From Moniliella sp. 'wahieum' (lineage: Eukaryota), in contig RSEE01000024.1 in the NCBI GenBank assembly GCA_003971905.1, forward strand, positions 372,001 through 436,000: a stretch of DNA of 64,000 nucleotides. Direction: 5' to 3'. This document shows, in pieces, positions 50,701 to 61,361 of this stretch. The number at the start of each line of letters is the position of its first letter. The stretch's first letter is position 1. A model generated the notes under the pieces. The model made no database searches. It was not told the DNA's origin and saw nothing but the letters and a program-made list of their open reading frames with translations. The position numbers were made by a program, and so were the translations under genes.

Positions 50701-52560
50701 ATCCGCGCAGCCAAAGACGTTTCCAACGCGCCACCACGAGTACTCGTCTCTGCTGCTGGGCCGCGAGCGGTGGAGGTGGGGCCAGCGTCGTATCCATACA
50801 GCGCAGCATCTTCGTCGGCAACTTCGGGGGCAACGGCGTCCATCGTCTTCTCACTTTTCACAGCCACGCGAGAAAGTGCGAGAAGCTCAATATCTTCCAC
50901 CTGCGAGCCCACCACTAGCATCCCCGCATCTCCAGCCGGCGCGAAATCGTTGGTCGGAGCAGAAATGCTGTTCCCTCCATAGAGAGCGTCGTCGTCCACG
51001 TCGGCCATATCCTCGTCTCCACCGGGAACAGACGACACTGGAGGTGCTGGCGCAGGGTCGTTGACCCGAAGCGAGGGAAGGACTGCAAGGCCAGAAGGCT
51101 GCACTGTCGTGCCCAAAGTCCGAAGACGCAGGTCGCGCAAACTTCGTCCATCGAGGTGGAGGGTAAGACTGTACAGTTCGCCCGACTTTAGCGCGAGAAT
51201 CGCTTCGGCGCTAGCGCCCTCCCCGGCTTGCGGAAGGAAGGTGAGTTGCGAGTGTGACAAGTCGAGATCAGGCCCACGCGGGGGAGGCGGGGGAGGAGCG
51301 GCAGCTGGATCGGTACCTTGGGGTTCGTGAGGCGGATACTCTGGGGCAGTTTGTAGAGGCGGCCATTGGACCGCAGGGAGACCCGTCATAAAGCTCGTCC
51401 AGCGACTGACGGACAAGCCAGTAACGCGACCCGCTTGGTTGACATGCCAAATGGCTGTGGTGCTGACGACAATCACGCCTCCAACAGCGGGAGGGCAAGC
51501 GACAATGTACAACGCATCCAAGGGAAGGTTAGGACGGGAAGCCAGGACGGTTGCCCCGGCACGAGCTTGAGCGAATGGGTTTTCTTCGTCCGGTCCGGCC
51601 ACGCCAGGGTTGGGAGAAAGGTCGAGAGTAAGCACGTGGAGAGCAAGAGAGTCTCTGCCTTGGGAGCCGCGGATCAGACCCGAAAAAGAAGGCAGCGGTT
51701 CGTGCAAGATGGCGAGCGTGGGGGGGAAAAGCCAGGTAAAAAAGCCATGTCACGAATGGCGCCGATCCCCAATCCTGGCGCACCAGGGGCCGCACCGGAA
51801 GCTGGAGCGGCAGACTGAGAGTCAAAGGGAAGTAGCAGACTGGGTGTGTAGGGCAATTCACGTTCGCGTCGAAGCGCAGCGCGCAAGCCTACGCCATCTA
51901 GGTCACCATCCAGGTCGAGGCCCAGATCAAGGTCGAGATCCGCCTCGGCATCGACCCCAATCCCAAATAGATCCTCCCCGTCCGCACCAAATGGGAGAAG
52001 GGCCAAGCCTCCAGGAAAGAGAGGGCGACACAGCGCGATGCACTCGAGGTGGGCGTGTCGGCACGGAGAAACGGAAGCCAAACGCCGTCGACGGGGCGGC
52101 TGAGGAAGGTGCCCCCAGCTGCAGCTGCAGGTACACGCTCATACATATGAACGCTGATGGTCGCAAGGTCGTTGGCTGCATCGTCCCACTCGAGCAAGGC
52201 GAGCTTGGCAGCGCGGAAGGAGACAGCCAGCCGCTCTTTCCCGTCCGAGGCCGTGTCGCGGGTACGGATGCGGGCAAGGCCGGTGATGCGGCCGGCGAGG
52301 GTGTGACGGCAAAGACGAACGTGGGACTGCTCGTCGACGCGGCGCACTTCGTACACGGCCAGGACATCGTCATGGGCTGTAACAAGATGGGAGAGAAGCG
52401 GGCCGCGATGGGCATTCCACGCCGCACGCCGCTCGGTGGCCGCACGGGCATCGGGAGCAAGCGTGGCGGAGGTGGCGGCGCACTCGGGCGCCAGCTGGGC
52501 CGCAACCACGTACGACGCGCCCGATGCGGGCTGGAGGTCGTGGAACGCTGCTTGCACCAT
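47773..52560 (-). CDS. CFT1: Cleavage and polyadenylation specificity factor subunit 1 (Cft1/CPSF160)
   Basis: LAVSFRAAKLALLEWD...LATISVHMYE, IRDMAFLPGF, DYIAVGT...GEDRPAKGGIYIFDI, VKNFILVTD, GLNPRAYR. Intron near 48630-48690; indels present. Confidence 0.93.
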
Positions 52561-54147
52561 CCGAGGCGGCGGCGGTGGCGATGGCGATGGCGATGGCGGT
52601 GGTCGACGTCGGCGCGCGACGGGCAGAGCAGGCGGGAGCATTTGCTCGGCCAGCTTCGAAAGGGCGCCGGGGCGGAAGCAGCCATGGTTCCGCCCCTGCG
52701 CCCCGCATTCTCCGCCTTGTGCATATCCGCCCAGCAGCCTGTTCTCTGCCTTTTGCACTCTTCACAAATACAGATGCTATACCCACGCCACAGGATAGAC
52801 ACCCCATGGGAATGGGAGGATCCAAACTGGGGGGAGGTAGATGAGGTGCGAGAACGTCTATACCGAGGGTCGCTGTGTGCTGCAAGTGAAGGCGGAAGGA
52901 TCGAGTATACATATGGAGAGCCTGCATGCGGCAGCAGGTATGGTGCAACAGACCAGATTGTTTGCACAAGTAGCAGGTGACTGAGGTTGAGCGACGAGCG
53001 GGAGATGGTGGGAATGCCGATACGTACAAGCATTACAAACATCCCAAATATGCTGGGCCGGATGCCGGTGGAGTGACGCTGCTTCTGTATCGAAGACAGA
53101 AGAATGGTGGTCGACCGATTTGTTTTACGGGTTGCAGCTAATAGAACTATAGAATGATCGAATGCATCTTGGACACCGACAGGGCACAGAGGACGCTATG
53201 GAAGAGGATCATCTAACAAGTAGCCAGAGTGGCGGCGCATTTCAATAATGATCTTGACAACAGACGCACGGGGCGGCTTGCTCCTGATGTATGCCCGCCA
53301 AGCCCACGTACAATGCGGCCCGTCCACTGCGCCCTGTTGCCGTCGTTCTTCCTCTCATGGGAGATCGCGGGAAATGACAACAAGGGCAATCAAGACCTTA
53401 AACAGGGTGTGTTGGACCGCGATTCTAGCCATCAGACCCCTCACCGCTGGCGCTCCACCAGGCAGCCGACCAAGTCAACAATCGTCGTCCACCCGACAAC
53501 GGCTTGGCAGCCAACGACATACGCCATATGGTCAAACTAAACTTGAAGACACGATGGCTTCTCAGCTCCGTCCCAAGGGATAAACGGACGAAAACCCAAA
53601 CCCGCAACAACGCCGCTGCATTCCAGAGTTACAGGCGACGGGCCCTCAAAAGGGAACGATGCGGATGGATTGAATATTGACGCCCGGGAAGGATTTGACA
53701 AAGGCAAATGCAATCACAATAACGGTCGTTTCGTTTGGGAGAGGAGAACAAAGACTGGGGGTCATAATTTGTTGAAAAATGCCAACGATGGTTGTACCAA
53801 AGTCATCCCTGTTTTCCCCTACCATCGACCGCTGGTACGTCTGGACCATGCGGTTTCCTCCCGAGCACGTAGGGGGTCCCGAAGACCGCGCCGAGATGTT
53901 CACCAACCACGTGGAGGTGAGCATCAAAGGTCAAGGTCCTGCCGCCTAAGGCGGCCCCAAGATCAACACACCAGTACAGGCGCGTCGGCTTCGTCTCCCA
54001 AGACCGACGTGTGCGTCTCGCTAGCCCAAAAACTCATCTTGTACAACCCTCAGCCTTGGCTCGAGGCTACGAGCCGGGGGACAGTCCAACCCCTACTCCA
54101 GCCCACGATCCGCATTCCATTCGATGGACTTGTCGTACCCTGTTACA

Positions 54148-54723
54148 CTAGAGGTATAGGCCCTCCTCCTCCTCCCTTGGGCCCACGCCCAAGGGAAGAG
54201 CTATGGGTGGGTCAGGGTGGGGTTCGCTCGCACCGCTCACACCACCCACAGCCGGTAGGGATGATGCTAATGGAGGTACCGGCCGCTCTGCATGACGCGT
54301 TTCGGGGTTGATCACCAAGCCACTAGCCTGCAGCGCTTCTTCCAGCGCCTGTGTGAGCTTGGCCAGGAGCTGGCGTTTGCGTTCCCTGATCAAACAGCCA
54401 AGTTAGCCGCCAAGCGTCAAGGGTCAAGGGTCAAACGTCACGACGCTCCCAAAGCCGGGGTAGTAGGGGTAGTAGGGATGGAACTTATGTGGGACGTACA
54501 TCACTCCGACGTTTTCCTCCAGCGCGAGCGTGAGCTCGCGCACATCGTCCTCGTCCAAGCCGTGGTCAGCAGGGCGGAGCACCATGGCGGCCATTTCGGC
54601 ATCGCTGCGCTCCATCTGGCGCATGGAGTGCTGCAGGCCATGCACTTCGGACGCAAGTGTGTCGGCAGCTAGCACGTCGGCGGGAACATCGGGCGCAGCA
54701 GCGTCGAGGCCAAGTTGATCCAT
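54148..54723 (-). CDS. Small conserved-looking hypothetical coiled-coil protein ending EEEEGLYL
   Basis: Two ORF pieces (LASEVHGLQHSMRQMERS...ALEENVGV / RERKRQLLAKL...GLYL*) separated by an intron with a GTACGT donor and CTAAC branch site (~54388-54499). Start uncertain. Confidence 0.6.
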
Positions 54724-55065
54724 CGCCGCTGCGGACTGCCGACGCTGGAGGCGCAGGGGGGGGGGGGGGGGCAAGCGACGGTGGCTGCCCCAAAAAAAGC
54801 AACTCTAGTCGGAAAAGGGTATCATCCATCGCCCACACTCGCTCTCGCTCACTAGAGTCGGCCTCTCCCGTGGGACACCGAATGGAAACAATGAAACGTC
54901 CATGACGTGGGGCCGCCACGTCATCGCCTTCGCCCCTCCATCCTCCCGCCGTGGGGCCCAGCGAGCTTCGAACCGCCCGCGCCATCCCCACCCCCACCAT
55001 CCCCATCCCCATCCCCATCCCCATCCCCCTCCTCATCCCCCTTCCCATCCCCACCAACGGCCGCG

Positions 55066-58000
55066 ATGCTCGTTCCCTGGTCGGCCGTTGCAGCGGCGCT
55101 GGCGATGCTGGCGGCGGTGCCGTCGGCCGAGGCGGTGCGCGCCCACGAGTTCAAAAAGTGCGACCAATCTTCCTTTTGTCGGCGCCTGCGGCGGCTGGGC
55201 GAGCACGCTCCCTGGCACTCGCCCTATGCTACCGCCGCCTCGTCTGCGCTCCAGTGGGACGCAGCCCAGTCGACATTGACCTTGCCCGTGTCCAATGCGC
55301 TGCATCCCGAGGTGGAGTTTGAGCTGTCGGTGCGTGTGCATGCGGACGGCACGGCGCGGCTGCGGATGGACCAGGTGGGCGAACGGTACGCCGGCCTGAA
55401 ACGGTACGACGAGGCGGAGCTATGGACGTTGGAGGCGCCGCCGCGCTTGGCTGCGCCTGGCTCGGTGACGCATGTGGAACAAGATGGGACCACGACGCTG
55501 TCCTTTGGTGCGTCGGCGCTGGAGATCCAGCATGCCCCGCTTCGTATCACTGCGACCCGCAACGGCGTGCCGCAGATCGTGTTCAACCAACGTGGCTTGC
55601 TTCACATGGAACATTTCCGTCCCAAGCCCGACCCGTTCCCCTCCCAGCCCAAGGAAGAGGAGGAAGAAGCGCAGCTGGTCATCCAGAAACGGGATGCGCT
55701 CACCGCGCAGGGCCACGCCGCCAAACTGGCGGAACAGTGGGCTGGATTCGAGGTGGAGGACAAGGGCGAGTGGGAGGAGACGTGGATTGGACGTGTGGAC
55801 TCAAAACCCAAAGGCCCCGAAGCACTTTCGTTGGACATCTCCTTCCCTGGCTACCAGCATGTCTTTGGTCTGCCCGAACATGCCTCGCCCCTTTCCCTCC
55901 GCGAAACGCATGGCAAGCACCAAGGCGACTTTACCGACCCGTACCGGCTGTTCAATACGGACGTGTTTGAGTACGAGCCCGATTCTCCCATGAGCCTCTA
56001 TGGCGCCATCCCCGTTCTCCACGCCCAAAAGAAGGGCGAGGCAACGAGCATCTTTTGGCTCAACGCGGCCGAGACGTGGGTCGACATTGACAAGACGGAA
56101 CAGGGAACCAACACGCACTTCATGTCCGAGTCGGGCATCCTCGACGTGCTCATCTACCTCGAGAAGGATGCTTCTCGTAACATGGAGCTCTTCACGCGCC
56201 ACACGGGGCGCACCGCCCTCCCGCAACTCTTTGCGCTGGGCTACCATCAGTGCCGGTGGAACTACCTCAGCCCGACGGACGTGCTCGAGGTGAGCGAAAA
56301 GTTTGACGAATCCGATATCCCCATGGACGTCATGTGGCTCGACATTGAGTACAGCAAGGATCACATGTATGGCGTCTGGGATCGGCCGGGATGGGACCAC
56401 CCCGAAAAGATGGTGCAGGGCTTGGACGACAAGGGCCGAAAGGTACGTCTGGTCGCATTTTTTCTTTTTTCTTTTTTCCCCTTTTTCTGTATGTGTGTGT
56501 TGGCGTACACTCTTCTGACTTGTGTGGGCCTAGCTTGTCATCATTCTCGATCCGCATCTCAAGCGAACGGACAACTACTTCCTCTTCAACGAGGCAGAGA
56601 AGCTCGGCATCCTGGTCCAAAACTCGGATGGCAAATCGACCTATGAGGGGTGGTGCTGGCCTGGCTCCTCTTCGTGGTTGGACATGTTCAACCCCAAGTC
56701 GTGGGAATGGTGGCAGAACACGTTGGCCCTAACGCCTCGTACACCGGGCAAAGGACTGATCGATGCCAATGCACGCAACGTGCACGTATGGAACGATATG
56801 AGCGAACCTGCGATCTTTAACGGTCCCGAAATCACCAGCCCCAAGGACGTGATCCACTATGGCGGATGGGAGAACCGCGACATTCACAATATCAACGGCG
56901 TGCTGTTTATGAACAACACGGCCGGCGGTCTGATTCGGCGCGAGGGCACGGCGCACAGTGAGCTGCGGCGGCCATTTGTGTTGAGCCGCAGTTTCTGGGC
57001 GGGCGCCCAACGCTTTGGCGCAGTTTGGACAGGGGACAATATGGGCGACTGGGCTCACTTGGCCATCAATGTACCTATGATCCTGGCCGATGCGATTGGC
57101 GGCATGAGCTTTACTGGGTCGGACGTTGGTGGTTTCTTTGGCAACCCGGGGGAGGAGATGCTAGTGCGCTGGTACGAGAATGGGATCCAGATGCCCTTTT
57201 TCCGCGCACACGCTCACATTGACACCAAGCGACGCGAACCGTACCTCTTTGCGCCTTGGGTCCAGCAAGCAGTGCGCAACTTGATCCATGTGCGCTACCA
57301 GTTGCTGCCCGTGTGGTACACGGCCTTCCAGGAGGCGCACGTCAGTGGCCAGCCGGTCATTCGGCCCCAGTACCTCGCCCACCCCTCGGACGTGGCCGGC
57401 TTTGCGATTGACGACCAGTACTACATTGGCGACTCGGGGTTGCTGGTCAAGCCGCCGTCGGTCGAGGGCGCCAAGTCGGTCGAAATTTACCTTGCGGACC
57501 AGCAGCCCTACTACCACTACTTTACCCACCGCGTCTACCGTGGTGCGGGGCAGCGTGTGCACGTCGAAGCGCCGCTGGATGGGACGACGCCCATGTTGCT
57601 GCAGGGCGGCTCGATCCTGCCTGTGCGGCAACGCGTGCGTCGTTCGGCCGAGCTGCACACCTACGATCCGTTCACCCTCGTCGTCGCCGTCGGCACCGAC
57701 GGCACGGCCTCGGGCGTGCTCTACCTCGACGACGGCCAGACGTACGCCCACGAGGACGGCGCGTTTGTCTGGCGGCGGTTTACGTTTGATGGCACAACGC
57801 TTCGGTCGGAGGATGAGCTGGCGCTGCGCAACGCAGCCAAGCCCGTCGACTCGCCCACCAAGGCGTATGGGATGGCGGCCAGCGCACACAATGCGTTTGC
57901 GGCCGACCTGGCCAAGCGGCAGGTGCGGGTGGAGCGGATTGTGGTGCTGGGCCTGGCGCACGCGCCCTCGCCCTCGCACGTGGCCGAGCAGCACTTTACG

Positions 58001-58093
58001 TTTGCGCCGGCGACGAAGGACAAGGCGTCGGAGCTGGTGATCAAGGACCCCAAGCTGCCGCTCACGGCCGACTGGGAGCTGCGGCTGGCGTAG
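55066..58093 (+). CDS. ROT2: ER glucosidase II alpha subunit (GH31)
   Basis: Signal peptide, FKKCDQSSFCRRLR, GYHQCRWNY, DVMWLDIEY, catalytic WNDMSEP, WTGDN, FFRAHAHIDTKRREP. Intron 56443-56533. Confidence 0.96.
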
Positions 58094-59663
58094 TGGTCTG
58101 TGCGCAGCACAGACTGAATCGCATTGCGTCGTTTCGGATAGCAGCGGGGACTCAGGACGAGTGGTGGCAGCCGACGCGTAGGTGGTGCGTTTCAACATAG
58201 CACGTGTGACATGTGGCCTGCGGCCTGGAATTGTCGATTGGGAAGCGCCAGCGGCGCACGGGCCACCGCGCCGCCCTACTCCGACCGGCTCGGGGCCGCC
58301 GCAGCCACGCCGGGCCAGGCACAGACGCAGTGTCGGTGCGGCCCAGCCGAGCCGGATGCGGCAGGCACTGTGCCAGTGCTGCGCTCTGGCGGATTGATGG
58401 GGCACGGCAGAGAGAGCTAGTGCGCTCGGTTGGCCTCGCGCTGCGTACGTTGCGGCCACTCAACGCACTCCACGTGGAGGCCCCACACGCACGTACCACA
58501 GGGGGCGCGGGGTAATCCACATGTGGCGGCTGCCCCACCCCGCCACCCCCCGCTTTCCCAGGCACCCCACCTGAATGATTGATGATTCCTTCCCGTCGGA
58601 CTCGTCTTGGGGCTCCATTCCACTCTCTGCCTGTCACATGTCCCACCGCCCATGCCACACGTCTCCTCTTCGGCGCTTCTTCGGCCGCCGGCCCCAACGC
58701 TGCGATGGTGCGCCGGTGTGGGTGCGCCGGTTGCCGTGCCTTGCCGCGTCCCCGCGCACGGCAGACACCGGCTACACGAGAGGGGCGTGGAGTGCGTGCC
58801 CGCTTCCAAGTGGGACACTCGTAGTCGGCCTCTTCGGCCGCCTGCCTCTGCCCACTGCCCCCTCCCCCTGTCTTGGTCTCAAATATGCTCACAAAATAAG
58901 CTGGGGCGGGTAATCATCGATCGTCGATCGTCGACCATCCGGTACCCGGCCCAAGCGCCAGAATGATGCCGGTGTACTGGCAGCGTAGCTTTTGGGATGC
59001 GAGAGTGGGTTGGTGGGGGGGCATGTGCAATGTCTGCCTGTCTGCCTCCTGCCTGCCCGCCAGTACCGGCAGTGCGGCAGTGCGCTCGACCAGCGCATCA
59101 TCGACATCATCTCCGCTTCGGCTGCGCACAGGAGCGCATCCGCTCTGCCAAGTGCCAGTGCAGCTGCTGGCCCATCCATCCTTAGGCCTTACTAGCCTTA
59201 CTCTTCATCTCCGCATCGCTCCCACGCGCACGCCAATAGCACGTCCGCATTGGCCAGCCGAGCGACGCAGGAGGACGCAGGCCAAGCCCAGCCTTGCTCT
59301 CCTATCCCGACTGGCTCTCCTCGCCGCACTCGCACATCGCCCCGCTTTGTCCTGCCTGCGTTTCACCCTTCACCCTGCCTTCCCCTTAGGCCTTAGGGTT
59401 CTTCGTCATTCATTAATCGTCCCGGCTCAGCAACCGCTACGGTGCGCCCCCACTCCGCCACCAAAAGCTTCCCCAGCGCAGTCGCTACCCACTAGTCACT
59501 AGTCACCTGGCCAGTCACCTGACATGTCACATGACATCATCCACCCCACGTGCTGCCCCCCCCCCCCCCGGCTATTTAAACCCCCGCGTGGGCCCAGTGT
59601 AGCACCTAGAAGCCTTTCCTCCCTCCCGTCCCCCATCCCCCATCCCACATCCCACATCCCACC

Positions 59664-60325
59664 ATGTCTGCTGTTGCCACCGCTCCCGCCCTGCACCTGT
59701 CCAACGGCGACGGGGACAAGGCCAAGGCTGCCTACGCGCCCACCCACCCCGGTGTGTTCCAAGTCGAGTTCCAGCCGGGCGCATACAACTCGTCCCTCGT
59801 CGCCCAACGCGACTTTGCCCCCGGCGAAACGATTGCGACCTTGGCCCATGCCCAGCCTACTTCGACCGTGCGCTACTCCTCGGTCCAGGTGAGCGAAACG
59901 AAGCACATTGAGTTGCACAGCGAGTACGTTCGTTTTCTTTTCTTTTCTTTTAGGGTTAGGTCTTTCCTTTCCTTTCCTCCCTTTAGACCGTGGCGTGCTG
60001 ACACGCTCCTCGTACCCCCACCTCCAGTTTGTTGTACTGCAACCACTCGTGTGTGCCCAACGTGCACTTTGATGTATCGTCGCCGAGCCAGGCCGAGTGG
60101 AAGGTGGTTGCGCTGCAGCCGATTCAGCACGGCGATGCACTCAGCTTCTTTTACCCTTCGACCGAGTGGGAGATGGACCAACCATTTGCCTGCCAGTGCG
60201 GCCATCCTACCTGCCTAGGCACCATTCGTGGCGCCAAGTTCATCCCAACCAACGTCCTCCTCGGAGGCCGCTTCGCCATCAACGATCATATCCGCCGTTT
60301 GAAGCAGGCGCAGGACCAGGCCTGA
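59664..60325 (+). CDS. Small SET/post-SET domain protein
   Basis: Intron 59924-60027 joins ELHSD to LLYCNHSCVPNV (NHSC motif), GDALSFFYPSTEW and post-SET FACQCGHPTC. Confidence 0.88.
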
Positions 60326-61361
60326 CGCGCTGGTCCTGACGCCCCCTCCAGCTGAAGCGATACATCCCAAGCCAACTTCGTTCATGGGATCGAATCGAAT
60401 CGAATCGGATCGGATCATATCGCCCCGGATCCCATCGGATCTGTTTCTTCCTCCAATTGCACCATACCATTGCACCTTCTTGCGTCTCTATAGCATTCTT
60501 GCCCCCTTCTCCTAACTAACTCACTCCGCCCGTTCACGCGTTAACGTTTAACGTTTAACACGTTTAACCCCCTTGCTCCCTTGGAACTCTACCCTTGCCT
60601 TGCTACCCACTACCGGGCGTCGAGTCTGTCGACCCCTCTTGAGGACGCGGGTGCGACGGCACAGCCGACGACCTTCCAGTCCGGGTCCACAGCCGCTCGT
60701 TCCCCCACTCTAACCCACTCACTTATCGCGCGCTACCCAATCTACCACTCGCCTCGGCTCTGGGTCCCAGCGCCCACCGCACGAGCGCACAAGCCAGCCG
60801 ATATCCAGACTCAACCGAGAAAAAAAAAAGTTTCGTAGAACCCCCCATCCATCGCCCACGCGCGGTCCAACGTGCCGAGCTGGCGCGGCAGAAAAACGGG
60901 GCAGGGATCAGGGAGAAGGAGCAAGGAGCAAGGAATGGGGAGTAGGGAGTAGGGAGTAGGGAGCAAGGAGCAAGGAACCAGCGCCCGTCGGGCGCTCACT
61001 ACGAACAAGGCAGAACTGGAACGGCAGGGTTGGGCAAGTGCGGGGGAAAGGCAGGGTACCAGGGCAAGGCTGGTGCCGTGGTGAAAGTGAAAGCGTACCA
61101 GCCACGCGGCCCAGAAAGACACGATGCATGATGAGATCTGGGAGGATAAGAGGGTGGGTGCACGAGGGGACGGAAGGAAAAAGTCGAGTGGGTAGCAGAG
61201 GTACGTCAATATCGTACACTGAGATCGCTCACTGATCGCTGATCGGCGTGCGGTGGGAACCGCCACTGCTCCCCCCCCGTTCCCGCTTTCGATCTGAATC
61301 TGAAGACCTTGGACCCTCGACCTTGGACCATCAACCCTGGACCGTCCTTGCCCATGCAACC

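Noticed and set aside
52700..54140. Short ORFs between Cft1 and the GLYL gene
   Set aside because: No recognisable motif or coherent exon chain; a small orphan gene cannot be excluded without RNA-seq.
571..54771. Long G/C homopolymers (571, 41232, 54757) as G-quadruplex elements
   Set aside because: Common in introns and UTRs here, and their lengths are unreliable in an indel-prone assembly.
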